A DNA stretch of 64,000 nucleotides from Octopus sinensis. Its lineage: Eukaryota. Under the pieces are notes generated by a model. It searched no databases. It had not been told where the DNA came from and worked only from the letters and a program-made list of their open reading frames with translations. Shown piece by piece: positions 37,991 to 52,475 of this stretch (within the stretch, counting starts at the first letter, position 1; each line of letters starts with the position of its first letter). A program made the position numbers and the translations under genes. The DNA lies in NCBI RefSeq assembly GCF_006345805.1, contig NC_043011.1:51906464-51970463 (forward strand), written 5' to 3'.

Positions 37991-38109
37991 TAGAAGACAT
38001 ATAAAATAATAATAAAACTACCTGCTTCTAAATGGGCAAGTTCTGCCAAGGATCTTAGTAAGTTCTCTGGTTAGGAAAGCTTTCATCTTAGCTTTTAAGA
38101 TATATATTG

Positions 38110-38773
38110 CAGTTGAGAATCCCTTATACAAAATTCATGGGACTAAAAGTGTGCAGGTTTATGATGCTTTAGGATTTCAGAGTATTTTCATATCTGCATC
38201 TATAAAATGGGACAGCTTGGGGATGGGACCCAAGTCTAAACACAGTATCCATTTACATTTCAATATACTGCTTGTACATATACCCAGAATGTAGAATTAT
38301 ATAGACCTTTAATTATTTTTTAAAACATACCTTCAGAAAGGTAAGATGTCAGTCTCCACCTACAATCTCATGTTTTGATTAAAAGGTTACGGTACACCAT
38401 TTGTATTTTATTCTTTACTATACAGGCATTAGATTTTATGTGCAGTTTAAAAACAAAACAGTGAACATGATTGCAGGTAAATAAAATGAAAACTGAAAGA
38501 AGTCAGCCTTTTATTTTAAAGTAATGTACAAGTAATGATGCTTGTCATGTTACACTCATACATGGAAGTGAAATTCAGATCTGTAAAAATAACATTTGTG
38601 TTTACTGTACGAAAAAAAACAAGCAAGAAAACATGATGATCACTTCTTACAAACTCATGTCATAACAGCACACAACAGCCGTACTTTGTGGAATTTTCCA
38701 TTTGTGGCATGTTATGTCAGCATTCAAAAAACTTTCAGATTTTGGTGGTTTTGGGATAAAAGATTTTCAATCA
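38110..38773 (-). mobile_element. Tigger/pogo non-autonomous element resembling Tigger4 (Zombi)
   Basis: Imperfect TIRs (CAGTTGAGAATCCCTTAT / GGGATAAAAGATTTTCAATCA); internal CTTGGGGATGGGACCCAAGTCTAAACAC (38216-43) and GTGGAATTTTCCATTTGTGG. The Tigger4 similarity is from memory of the consensus, not a search. Confidence 0.7.
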
Positions 38774-39619
38774 TACTTACAATCCTCAAGGGTTTTTTTT
38801 TTCGGTTTTTTTTTTTTTTTGTAGGAGCAAAATAGTGCTTAATGTAAAATCCTCTTTTACATTCTGACTTCTTCTCACAACCTGCAACTCACACAATATG
38901 CAAAGAACTTTATCACTCTCATCAGCAACACTATATAGTTCAGTCTACCAATCTTGAGAATTTTTTCCACTTCTTTCAGATAATTTGAATTTTTTATCTG
39001 CAATTAATGTCATTATCTTTGGGTTTAGAAAATAAAACTTTTTTAGAATTGGAAAAAAATGCAAAAAAAGAACTTGCCTAAAATCATGTGCTTGTCATAT
39101 CATGTTAACCTATGTGAGCAGTCAATGAAGAATTGCTAATTCGTTAATTTGTAAGTGACTGTTAATTTCTGCAGCGTTGTAATGTAAAGTGTTGTATCAT
39201 TAGCTATCACTAAAAAAATACAATTTTTTTTAAGACTGATATGTTAAACTTTAAATTTTTCTGTTAAATTTAGCAGGGAAATTTATTTTACAAATCTTTC
39301 ATATCTCCCCAGAAAACCTGCAGCATTGCACTGTTGGCATGTATGTCATAGGTTTGCAATCATATATTTTACTGTTGTTTCTAGCAGATCGAGCAACTGT
39401 GTCATACCTGTTTTCTTTGATTATTTAGTGACTTAGCCAAGCAGAGTATTGTTATCTTTGGTTACTTTTTCTATTGATATTTAGTAATGTAAAATAGTTC
39501 ATCTGGTTATGATGTATAGAGAAAAGAATTACTCCTGCCAAAAACGTGAATAAATTATAAATTAACTAACTAAATTTTAAATCAATGTCTAAAAAAGATG
39601 TTAGAGATCACATAATAAT

Positions 39620-40070
39620 TACTTTTTATAGTTGCTGACACTTGAACTTCTTGGAAAAGAGATATAACACCATTTCAGAGACTGAGCTTACATTTTCAGC
39701 TCATAATGATACACCCACATTTCCAGTTGATCAGAGCATACTTCCTCCCTTCTATTCTGCAAATTGGATGCCAACTGCTCAGGTGCTCATTTTGCAAGCA
39801 CTTTCCAATACCTTCTGTAGTGAATTGTGACCACAGCCAATTTGTGCTTCAAACTCACAAATTGTGATTTGTTTGTCCGCTCCCTCACTGGTGATTTATG
39901 TCAGTAGTCTTCCATTATGCGGTTTGTCACCAATGCTGGTTTCCCCTTTTCTAGGCTTAACCATCTGTACATATTGCTTATCAATGTTGTCATTTCCATA
40001 AATAACTTGTAGTTGTCTGTGAATACCAGACATTCTGCACTCCTCTTTTGTCAAGAACGCAATGATGGTA
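39620..40070 (-). mobile_element. Decayed mariner transposase (N-terminal HTH and start of catalytic region)
   Basis: KQCTIIAFLTKEE...GIHRQLQVIYG...KGETSIGDKPHNGRLLT, followed by WVYHYE...AQSLKW. Confidence 0.8.
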
Positions 40071-41279
40071 CATTGCTTCTGCTTGGAATCTGCTGTTTGC
40101 CTACAATGAGGTGGTACAGAAAGAAGAGTTTCTATAGAGGGAGAGTTATTTTTCCAGCATGTGCAATTGGAATGATTTGTAGCAGTTGTAAAAATGCTAT
40201 GTCCACTTATACAACCCCCATATGTGTGTGTGCACGTGGTGTATATATGTGTGTCTGTATACACACACGCACACACATATAAACACATATGACTACATTA
40301 TCCAATGTATACTTACCTTTTTTTTAAGACATTAGGTTTTGACTTGAAGGTGATTTGGCTGCTATTCCTAACAGATGAAAAGACTATATAGAGCCTCCCT
40401 ATTAGAACTCTTGGCACATATGGTTTGGACAAGCAAGTGAGTACTGTTAGGATAAATAAAAACAAATTACAGTCGGCCAATTCTCTTAATAACAACTGTC
40501 TTAACAGAAAATCAACTTAATAGTTTAGTGCCAAGCCAGTTATCAGGAAGGGCAGTGAACCATAGCTGAAGAATGTCAACAGTAACAATAGCAACAACAA
40601 TATGGAAATGGTTCAAACAAGCCTGTCTTCTCAAACTCATAAAAGCATGGAGAAGGAAAATGGACACAGGTTATAAAGCTTACTTTATAATCAGCTTTCA
40701 AGAAAAACTGCTTCTCTTTTGAATATAATCTATTTAGGCATTATTTTGAAAGAAATTGTTGTTGTTGTGTCTGTGGTTGCTGTAGTTATTGTTATCTCTG
40801 TGGTTAGTAAGCGTAGTGATAAAGAAAGGACATTGAAATAAGTTATCAGCATGAAATTTACTTATAGTTTGCCATACAATTTTCACTTCTCTTTTGTTTT
40901 GTTCAGAAGAGGAGGATTGTTTTCCTAGTCTCTTGTAATTTTTTTCTTCTTTCTTTTCTTTTCTTTTCTTTTTTTTTTATCTTAGTTGTAGTGTTGTCAC
41001 AGTTGTAGCTATAGTACTATCAGTTAAAGAAACTACCAACAACATGGGATTTCTATTTCTTAGTCGCGTAATAGGATTACTAAACATTGGAGATTGTGAG
41101 GGAGGTTTCAAGTTTAAAAACTTATGTTCAAATTTTAAGCCATCTACATACAAGCTGTATATGTATGTATGTATGTATGTAGGTGGGTAGGTAGCTAGGT
41201 AGGTACGTAAGTCATATGCTTGCATATGTGTTTACTCAGATAAGTATATAAATCATAGAAATGTCAGACACAAATACAC

Positions 41280-41343
41280 ATGCATATATACATATATATA
41301 TTTATATGTATATATATATATGTGTGTGTATATATATATATAT

Positions 41344-41405
<62 letters not shown>

Positions 41406-41439
41406 TGTGTGTGTATATATATATGTGTATATATATATG

Positions 41440-41486
<47 letters not shown>

Positions 41487-41573
41487 GTATATATATATGT
41501 ATATATATGTGTGTGTATATATGTGTGTGTATGTATATATGTGTGTGTATATATGTGTATGTATATATATATG

Positions 41574-41612
<39 letters not shown>

Positions 41613-41881
41613 GTATATATATGTATGTATATGTATGTATGTATATGTATATGTATGTATGTATGTATATATATATATGTATGTATATATATATATGTAT
41701 GTATATATATATGTATATATATATATATATGTATGTAAGTATATATATATATGTATATATGTATGTAAGTATATATATATATATGTATATATATATATGT
41801 GTGTATATATGTATATATATATAAGTATATATATATGTATATATATATATATATATGTATGTAAGTATGTATATATATGTA

Positions 41882-41919
<38 letters not shown>

Positions 41920-42140
41920 ATGTATATATATATGCGTGTGTGTGTATATATATATATATATAAGTATATATATATGTATATATATATATATATATGTATG
42001 TAAGTATGTATATATATATGTATATATATATTATATATATATATATGTGTGTGTATATATATGTATATGTGTGTGTGTGTGTATGTATATATATATATAT
42101 ATATATGCGTGTGTGTGTGTATATATATATATTTATATAT
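41280..42140. repeat. Long compound (TA)/(TG)/(TATG) microsatellite
   Basis: Directly visible; source of several spurious ORFs in the track. Confidence 0.95.
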
Positions 42141-42447
42141 AAGGAGCACTCCATCGGCTACGACAATGAGGGTCCCAGCTGATACGATCAACGGAACAGC
42201 CTGCTCATGAAATTAACATGTAAGTGACTGAGCAATCCACAGACGTAGTTCTCAGAGAGATTCAGCGTGACACAGAGTGTGACAATGCTGGCCCTTTGAA
42301 ATACAGGTACAACTCATTTTTGCCAGCTGAGTGGACTGGAGCAACGTGAAATAAAGTGTCTTGCTCAAGGACACAACGCGTTGCTGGGAATCGACCTCAT
42401 GACCTTACAATCGTGAGCCGAATGCCCTAACCACTAAGCCACGCGCC
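42141..42447 (-). mobile_element. tRNA-derived SINE (family E) in a (TA)n tract
   Basis: Minus strand reads GGCGCGTGGCTTAGTGGTTAG (A box)...GAGGTCGATTCC (B-box-like)...TGTCCTTGAGCAAGACACTT central motif. Confidence 0.85.
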
Positions 42448-42458
42448 ATAATATATAT

Positions 42459-42507
<49 letters not shown>

Positions 42508-43333
42508 GCTGAGTTACATCCAAGTTGAGGAGGGTCTTTTTAATATTTCTATAACTAATGTCCAATGTCTTAACCCTTTCATAATCAACCAGCCTAGTAT
42601 CATCTATCCTCACAGAGTAACCATAGTGCTCGAGACTTCATACTTTTACCTATTCATATTTAAATCAGAATATTGATTTGAATATTTATTACTGTATTAG
42701 TGATGCAGTTTCACATGATAAACATTTGTTCCACTCAAGACATCATATTTAAACACAAATTTTGTGTTTTCCAAATTTGGGGGAATATTTTTTTCCCCAA
42801 GTCCTTTCAATTTTGTTTTTCCCTCATTTCTATTGCATGTGGCCTTTTTTTTTGTTAAAACAAAAATTATTTAAAATTATATAGATGTCAAATTTATTAA
42901 TGACCACTCTGAGTTTGAATGCTGTATGAAGACATCAACTAAAAAGCTACTTTAAGCATAAGACTTGATGGACTTTAAACTGGATACTTCAAACAATATT
43001 GGACAGTGGTAGTGATGGTAATGAAAGCAATGATATTTGAAAGAGAATAGTGAAAGGGAATTTTTTTTGTTTTTTCAATATTTCATGTCCAAAATTTTCA
43101 GAATGAATCAGACCCAATCATTATCTTGACTTGAAACCCATTGATTATTTATTAACTTTCATTTATCTGAATTGAAATGTCCCATATAATAATGGTTGAG
43201 TCTAACCACCATGTAAAAGGTAAACAGAGTGGAGTGGAAAAGGGATAGGTTGGACCAAATTAGTGTATTTTTGCCATAAATGTAATAATTAGCATTTAGT
43301 AATTGGCTCATAGTTCATGTTATTCGACTATAT

Positions 43334-43528
43334 TTAATCCTTTGTCACTCAGATTGATCAGCCAAATTTATTACATCATTTTGAATTAATTATAAATTAT
43401 CTTGTAGCCTTGAGGACATTGTAATGTAGGTGTGAAAGGCTGGATATATATGGCCAGCTTGAACTTAAAACAGGTAGAATATTAATATTTCAGCTAGATA
43501 TGGCCTATTTAAATGTTAAAGAGTTTAA
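43334..43528 (+). mobile_element. piggyBac-like TTAA MITE (family 2), decayed
   Basis: Homologous to 63052-63277 and to the reverse complement of 52261-52475; TTAA at both ends. Confidence 0.65.
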
Positions 43529-45957
43529 CTTTACATTACATATTTTAACTGTACTTAGTTATGAAACAAATTCCCTCATACATTTATAAAATTTGGGTGT
43601 TTTGTTATATTTTAAACAATATTATTAGTCAATAAAAAAAAAGGTGAAGTTGTTTTATAAAGCCACTTTTATTTCACAACTACTTGAGAATTTAATTAAA
43701 ACACACAGAGATGTACTTTAGTAAGAAATATCATAGTGAAAAATCACTTTTACAGTCAACATTGACATTTTTGCAGTTAACCAGTGCTCTCTCTCTCTCT
43801 TTCTCCCTCTAACATTCCAACTTTTTTATATCTCTCTACTTTCCTCTTCAAGTTGTATAGGATATCATTTCCCATGTTACTTCCACACATCTTGTCTTAA
43901 TGCTGTCTCGTAACTGTAAAGCCTTTATTCGTATGTCATTTTTACATATGTACCAACTGTGTCATTTGTTTTTCTCACCATCCCTTACATTTACTCGCTT
44001 ATTCCCAGCAGCTTTTCGTTGTTGACACCACCAAAACGAACAATCTTACACAAAAGGCACTAAATTATTATCATCTTTGGACAATAACTGATGAGAGAAG
44101 AACATGTCCACTTCTTGTGTGTGAATTTTCCATGTGTTTCTTTGTTATGCATCTTTGCAATTTTTTCATCTTGTGTGTGTGTGTAACCTGTTGAATGCAA
44201 AGATGATAAGTAGATGACATTTTAGTGTTTCTCCTTACTTAAATAATTTTGAGTCAATCATAGACCAGAAATTTGGTGGCCATTTTGATATATATAAGAC
44301 AAAACTCAAATATGTGTTCTCTTTCCTTGCTCTAGGCAGTTGACTGGCATGAATAAGCTGTTTTACTTCTCTCTCTCTCTTCTCATCCTCCCTCAGCCAG
44401 TATTAACTCTTTTTTTTTTGTTTTATTAGAACAGATTTGGCTACCTCAAATCATGAGACATTTGGCTGAATTGAAAATTATTTGCCAATTGTTATTTCTA
44501 CCACTTTAAAAATATGTGCAATCTGCTTTTTTTCCTTTTTATTCTTCGCCTTATCTGCTTCAACACATATTTAACTTTACAAACAAGAAAATACATATGA
44601 ATATTTTTTCCAAAACATTACTCAATTGATTTTATACCTTTGTCCATACATTTTCCATAATACTTTTTCTACTACATAAATTATCTAATTGGCTAATGTA
44701 TGTAAATTCACACAGCACATTGTGTGTGCCCAAATTTTTTATTAATATTATATAATGAAAGTTTTTTTTTTCAGTGTATTAATGTTGTATTTTTTAACCC
44801 ACATTCACTAAGTATGTGCCATCTAACAACTATTGAATTATTGTGCCAAGACCAACAGAGGTCTGTTTTTCTGTTGGTATGTAGAAAATAAGGGAAAAAA
44901 TTATATATTATTCTTGCTATCTCTATAACTATTCCTTTTAACTTTCAATACACACATATATGTCCTATTTGCAGATATTCCTGCTTATTATTGAATAATA
45001 GAACATGTATATAGCATGTTGAAGTTCTTCCTTTTTTTCTTTTGTGCCTCTCTCTGAGTGTTTGTGTGTGTGTGCCATCATCATCATTATTTAATGCCTT
45101 TTTTTTCTTTCTTTTCCATGTTGGAATGGATTGGATGGGTTTGATCTGAACAGATGAGCCAAAGTACTGTGTCAAGTTCTTATGTCTACTTTGGCGTGGT
45201 TTCTACAACTGGATGCCCTTCATAATGCCGACCATTTCACAAAGTGTAGTGGGTGTTTTCTTGTGATATTAGCACTGCTGAGGTCTCAAAAAAACTTGTA
45301 AGACAAGACCCTCTCAGCTGAATTGGGCATAAGATACAAGGGTGTGGCTGTTTCTGATTTTAACTTCATGCAACTTTGAGTTGACGTATGCTTTATGGGT
45401 GGAATTTGATTGATGAAAACTGCATGGAAACTTGTTACATACATGTGTGTGCATATGTTTGTGGGTGAGAGAGTGTGAGTGCATGTGTTCATGTCTGCTT
45501 GTGTACATGTATATCTTTCACCAAAGCTTATCAACAAAAAATTTAATCATCATTGGGGTAACTGAAAATTGATGATCTTCCCCCCCCCCAAAAAAAAAGA
45601 GAAAACATTCCACCCTGCAGTATTTATTTCAACCTGTTAGACAATCCCCCCGTCTCTGTTAACCACCATAGTTTTTTGAACATGTGATTGGTTCATTGGA
45701 AACCTATAACCAATGTGTCTATTATTCACCTTTTGCAATGTAAGATGAGATAAATAAAAAAATAGGCATGCCAGCATAAAAGAGGGACAGATGATGATGA
45801 TGATATGTTTGTGTGTATTTGTATATTGCTATAAATATGCTTTGTTAAAGTGATTGTTAAATACATCAATATGGTTTGTAAATAGCTGATGGCATCTATT
45901 GCTGCATCTGCCTGACCTCTCCTTCTTGACCTTTTCTATTTGTTCTCTATTTTACAG

Positions 45958-46032
45958 CACAATAACACTGTAAACCAAATCAGTATTGATGATAGTGGGG
46001 ACTACATTGCCAGCTGTTCTGATGATGGACAT
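45958..46032 (+). CDS. VPS41: VPS41 coding exon (HNNTVNQISIDDSGDYIASCSDDGH)
   Basis: Polypyrimidine tract and ttacag acceptor, gtaagt donor; 75 nt, phase 0. Matches the VPS41 WD40 segment (I/V)NQIS.D.SG....CS.DG. Confidence 0.95.
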
Positions 46033-47599
46033 GTAAGTATCTGTATCTTTCTATATACAAACCCATACCCTACTGAATCTCACGCACTCTGTAATAAGTT
46101 TACAGCTCAGTGATCTAAGACCAAGATGTACTGTATGTACTGATCTCTGTCTGATTTGTTACCTCTTTCACTGTACTGTATTTCTTCTCTCACTCCACTA
46201 TGTTACTGCTCTTCACTGTGTCACTTCTCTCACTTCATCACTATGTTGTGTTGCTTCTCTGAGGCTAAAGAATCACCTGCAACACTTTCTGAGTTAGCTA
46301 TAACTCTTCCACCTCTGTGACTGTGTAGAACTGTGCTGAGACTTTTCGCCCTCAATATCATCTCTCTCTCTCTTCAGAGACACTGTTCACCAATGCACTT
46401 ACATCATTTAGTGTTCTAAACAGAATCATTTACTGCATTCACCATTCACTCTCACCATTTACCCACCTCTTGCTAGCCATCACTCTCTCAACCTTATCCC
46501 CTCCAGTGCTGGTGCCATGAAAAATGTACCCAGTACATAGTGTAAAGTAGTTGGTGTTAAGAAAGGAATCTAGTCATAGAAGTCAAGCCAAAAATGAAAC
46601 CTATGAGTGAGATGTGGTTCTTCAACCACTCTGGGAAACTATAGCAATGATCTGTCCATCCCATGCTACCATTGAGAGCAGGCATAAAATCATGACAATG
46701 ATGCTGCTACTGCCAAAACTGGTTGCACTGTCAGGGAGTTTATAATTCTAAGCATTGTGTTATTTCATTTTGTCAGTGCTGTTTAGGCTTTTGTATTGTA
46801 ACTCTATTCACATCTACAATTTGTTTATAAATATCATTCAACCCAATACTTGTGCTCTATTTCTTTGATGCCAGAAGGGTGAAAAGCAAAGTTGAACTGT
46901 GCAGGATTTGAACTCACAATGTAAAGGAAGGGCTGTAACTGTATAATGCAAGTCATTTGTCCAATGTGTTAATGATTCTGGTAATTTAAGTTTTAAGATT
47001 TGGCCTTGTCAAAAGATGAAGGTCAATACCAGTGACCTTCTGAAGAGCCTATGAGGTGGAGGGGAAATTGTGGTTGTGAGGTTGGGGGTGGGGTAAAAGA
47101 ATAAGGGAGAACCCATGACAAGTATTGTTAGAGTAAACTTGTAACCTAATTGATAAAAGGCTTCCCAGTGATGACTATCATGCTCTTTTTCCTCGTCAGT
47201 ATTATCTACATTTTTAAGAAACTAAAGTGTAATCTGAGTGAAATTTGGTTGTTATTTCTAGCGTCTAGAATAACAACATAGAAACTCTTTCATTTATTAC
47301 TGTAGCAGAAAGTAGTGTCAAGTAACAGAGTTATCTCCAGACCAGAGACTTGGACTGAATTCTAGCAGCAGACTGGACTCTAAGGGGTCTGGTGGTGGAG
47401 TTAAACTAATTTGCAATCTGCATCTTATTTTAACCTCTAGTTCTCCAATATAACTGCTTTTCACTCACCTTATTTTCAAATCTTGGATTATTCAATTATT
47501 CCTTTTTCTTTTATATGTATGTGCTTGTGTGTGTGTGCGTGCATGCGTGTGCACTATTATTATTCATATTAATATCATTATTATTATGTACTTTTCCAC

Positions 47600-47636
47600 C
47601 ATCTTGTTGTTGTTATTGTTATTATTGTCATTAGTG

Positions 47637-47671
<35 letters not shown>

Positions 47672-47776
47672 GTCATTATTATTGTTATTATTATTATTAT
47701 TATCATTATTATTATTATTATTATTATTATCATTATTATTGTCATTATTATCATATTATTATTATTATTATTATTA

Positions 47777-47810
<34 letters not shown>

Positions 47811-47898
47811 CATTATTATTATATTATTATTATCATTGTTATTATTATTATTATTATTATTGTCATTATTATCATTATTATTATTATTATTATTATTA

Positions 47899-47944
<46 letters not shown>

Positions 47945-47980
47945 TATTATTATTATCATTGTTATTATTATTATTATCAG
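47600..47980. repeat. ~380-bp (ATT)n microsatellite with ATC/GTT interruptions
   Basis: Directly visible. Confidence 0.97.
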
Positions 47981-48183
47981 CAGCAGCAGCATCGTTCTGA
48001 ATGTTCTTTTCAAGTTATTTCTAGTATGTCAATCGAGAACAACATTTTCAGCTTAATCTAATAAATGATATTTAGTTTTGACGAAGTGAGGGACAAACAC
48101 TTAAAAATACAAAATATGACTGAGTAATTTTATATGCATAAATTTACATGTGGGTGTGGGTGCATATATACATACACACACAC

Positions 48184-48218
<35 letters not shown>

Positions 48219-49816
48219 ATATACACATGCATACATTTACTCACTATATATATATGCATACACATGCATATATACACACGCACACATATACAAATGAACA
48301 CACACATGCCCACACACTATATATCAACGTTATTGTCATCATCATCATTATTAACTCTGTTTTCAATACTGGTATAGGTTGTATGGTTCATCAGGGTCTA
48401 ACAAACCAGAGGACAACACACATATAGATGTGCATTTGTGTAAATGCACATACCTTGCCATCATCATCATGTTATATCTGATTTTCCACACAGATATGGG
48501 TTGTATGTGTCTTACAGTTTCCATTATCTTTACATACAAAAACAGCGAAAACTATCCAACTCTGTTCTTGTATCCATCTTACAACATAAACACTAGAGTG
48601 GTTATTATCCTTTGAGGAGTACTCATGAATACTCTCTGTTTTGTCTCAGCTCTCATTCTGACTTACTGCCTTCCTGGACGGTGTGTAGTGTGTCTTGCAG
48701 AGTTCATTTTGATGTAGCTGTTATACGGCTGTAAAGCACTTCCCTGGATCTCCAATTACTGTACAGAGTTTACTAGGTGTATTTTATTATACCACATGTG
48801 CTAAAGTGGTTGTCCCATGTGCAAAGGACTAAAGTGTCCCTTATACCATGAGTTGGTCTTCAAAATGAGATGAATGGGCACAATTGTTTGGATGCTGGCA
48901 ATTTGGTATGGCTGACTGGACATCGAACGTATTTCAGCGACAGAGTAGTTCTTGGCACTAGAGGTGTGCATACACACACACACACATATGCATGTGTGCT
49001 TCGAATTATACACATACAGAGAGAGAGAGAGAGAGAATGAGAGACATTACAATTCATTAATTGAACACAATTTACAAAAACACTTGCCCACTTCTCATAC
49101 ACATGAAGAGAAATATAACTCACACACATAAACAGAGAGATAGAGATAGAGTGAGAGAGAGAGAGAGAGAGAACAAGAGAAATATTAAAACATCTGATGT
49201 CAAATGAGTCAGCATCAGATCAACAACATCAAAAACCAGGATTCATAGAAATGATGACAGCACCAAAACTCCCTGCAGTTTGCTGTGTTTGAGAAGAAAC
49301 ATCAAGCTAAGTAGAATCAAGGTTGTCCTTACATACATGCATGTCCCATGCATCCCTCTCCATCTGAGCATTCCTAATCTTGTGGGCCCGTAGGTGCTGG
49401 TGCCACATAAACACACTCTTACCAGTGCTGTATAATAGCACCCAGTACTCTCTGTAAAGTGGCTGGTGTTAGGAAGGGCATCTGGCCATAGAAACCAGGA
49501 CAAAACAGGCATGGAGCCCAGACAGCTCCTCAGCTGTCCAGCTCCTGTCAAACCATCCAACCCATGCCAGTATGGAAAATGGACATTAAATGATGATGAG
49601 GATTCTTGTGTGGAGTTACTGTGCTTTGAGAAAGGTAGCCTTTGATGGAGCATATAGAGTCCATATCTCATGTATCCATTCCATGTTTGGCATGGTTTCT
49701 GTGGCTATGTAACCTAAATGCACATGTAAATACATTCATTGTGTATCTGTGTTATATATGTGGTTGTGCTATATATGCATTTGTCCTTTATTACACACAT
49801 TTCAGGGTTATATATG

Positions 49817-49875
<59 letters not shown>

Positions 49876-49952
49876 CCTTGTATATGTGTGTACTATATAA
49901 TATTTGTGTGTGTGTTTGTTCTGTATTATATATGCATGTCTGTACATGCGTG

Positions 49953-49996
<44 letters not shown>

Positions 49997-50507
49997 CATG
50001 CTCATATGTGTACATTCACATATATGTGTATGCACCTCTCCCTGCCACCTTACCCATATATGTAATCAAATAAAGAAGCGACTGGAAATATTATTGTCTA
50101 GGGAGACTTTTCAGTAATTGAAATTAAATTTGTTGTGAGGTGCAGCAAACACAAAAGCTATAATTAGAAACAAATGTTTACTGTATTATTTTCTTTCGTT
50201 GTGTTTTTGTTGTTTTGTTATTTTCATTGCTGCTATTGTTGCTGCTGCTGCTGCTTTTACAGGTAGATTCAATAGCACAAATCTTCAACTACACACACAC
50301 ACACACATACGCACACATGTGCACATGCCCACACCTACACACAAATACACAAATCAAATATTAATATCACGTCTGTCAATATATGTGGAAGCAAATGCCA
50401 TGAGATGTACGTTATGTGATGGAGAAAGAAGGCACGTCGTAAAGTTTGATCCGGGGATATTGAGCAGTGTAGGGTGGGTTAGCCATTTCTTTAGATTTTT
50501 CATTTGT

Positions 50508-50538
<31 letters not shown>

Positions 50539-52260
50539 GTTTTATTTTGTTTTGTTTTTACAGTAGAAAGATTGGCAATAGAAATAGGTGGAAATTATAA
50601 ATAGAAGTTGTGCCGATATTCACAAATCTTGTGTTTGCATAAATGTAATTGTTGTTTGTTGAGGCTTGAAATATTGATTTTTGTTCTTCCAAGGAGTAAA
50701 GAGCCACAGGTTTATAAGAGAGTTAGAGGATATTATATTATCTGGTGTTAATGTCTGTAGGTGAATGCCCATTCTCTTTGGCATCTGTATGTGATAAATC
50801 TCTTGTTGCACAGTCCCTCAATGGTCCGCTGTCATAGTAAGCAGAGATCATCATCATCGCAAATTTAATGTCCACTTTTCCATGCATGCATGGTTCAAAC
50901 AGAAGTTACTGAGGCAGATTTTCTATGGCTCCACATGCCTTTCCTGTTGCCAACCCTCACCTGTTTACAAGCAAGGTAATATTCCCCCATGACCAGACAT
51001 GTTCATACAGACTATTAGAAATGAATGACACTACCAATGTAACACTGACAATCTTTTTACTGTTACCATGTAATGCCTTGATAAAGACACACAAACACAT
51101 GTACATTCACACAATGAGCTTAAATCACTTCCTATCTACCAAACCCACTCACAAGGCGCTGATCAGCCTAGAGCTACAGTACAAGACACTTGCCCCAGGT
51201 GTCATGTAGTTGGGAAGCAGACTTCTTCCACACAGCCACACTTACACTAACATGTAAAAATTCACGTACTGCTGGATAATGGGTCTGCATTGCGTCTCAT
51301 TTCACCCATACAACATTTTCTATATTTTAGAAGGTCACTTCGCAAATATGTGGCTTCAGATTTGATCCCACTATATGGTATCATGTGTCATGTCTTCTAC
51401 TATTGACCTGAGCTAACCAATGTACTTGAAGTGAATTTAGTAGTTGGAATCTGTATTGAGCCTATTGTATGCCATCATCATTATTTTAAAATACACTTTC
51501 CAGTCCTTGCATGGGTCAAGTGGAACTTGTTGAGGCAAATTTTCTTTGGCCAGATGCTCTGCTTGTCACCAACCTTCACTTGTTTCCATTTAAGTAATAT
51601 TTTCCCATGGCCAAACATGTTTCATAGAAGATTAGAAATGAACAACACTGCTTGTGTGACAGTGACACTCATTTACAACTATTGTGCCGTGTCAAAATGA
51701 AAATATGCTGACACACACACACTAATACATATATGTAAATGCACACAATGAAGTTTTTTCAGTTTCTATATACCAATTCAATTCGTAAATTTTTATTTGA
51801 CAATTGATTATAATAGAACATACTTGTGTGTGTCTGTGTGTGTGTGTGTGTCTGTGAATCTTGGTATTTTGTTTGTTACTATGTACAAGTAGCTGTAATA
51901 GAGTATCAAAGACCTACAGAATATAAAAATCCCTTACCTAAAAATTAGTTAACGATTGGCTACAGCAGGGACATCTGACCATAAAATCTTGCCTGAAAAT
52001 CAATTGCCTGTCCAAGCCATGTTAGCAAAGAAGAATAGATATTAAATGAATGAATGAACTTTTTCTATGGCAGGAATTGAACTCAGTGCTGCAAGCCAGT
52101 GAATGACTCATGTTTTATCACATTACTTGTTACATCTTAACCAAGGCTACTTTGGAGGTTTGGTGACAAGATATGAATTAACTGACCACCTAACAGCTGT
52201 GTTTTTATACCATATCAACTTAGTCGTCCGTCTGTGTTGTTTTGTTGTTGTTGTTTAGCT

Positions 52261-52475
52261 CTAACACTTCAGCATTTAAACTGGCCATATCTGGCCCAAG
52301 TATTCTTGTTTTATGTGCAAACTGGCTAGATCTGGCCTTTCACATTTACCTTACAATGTCAACTAAAAATAGCAATGCATCATCGAAATCTTCAAGCTAT
52401 GAGATGACTAATTCAAAATAATGTGAATAAATAAGCATTATATTTGACAGAATAATCTGAATGCTACAGGGTTAA
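52261..52475 (-). mobile_element. piggyBac-like TTAA MITE (family 2)
   Basis: Ends GGGTTAA; reverse complement of 63052-63277. Confidence 0.75.

Noticed and set aside
41261-42191. Overlapping 150-296-aa ORFs on both strands
   Set aside because: Compound TA/TG microsatellite that lacks stop codons.
47039-47070. CTGAAGA-GCCT-atg-AGGT hammerhead-like start
   Set aside because: No GAAA after stem II and no stem I or III pairing.
47529-48061. Poly-L/I/Y ORFs
   Set aside because: (ATT)n microsatellite.
50690-50850. Protein-like minus-strand frame ISAYYDSGPLRDCATRDLSHTDAKENGHSPTDINTR*
   Set aside because: Begins directly at a SINE (GAT)n tail, with no acceptor site and no recognised motif.
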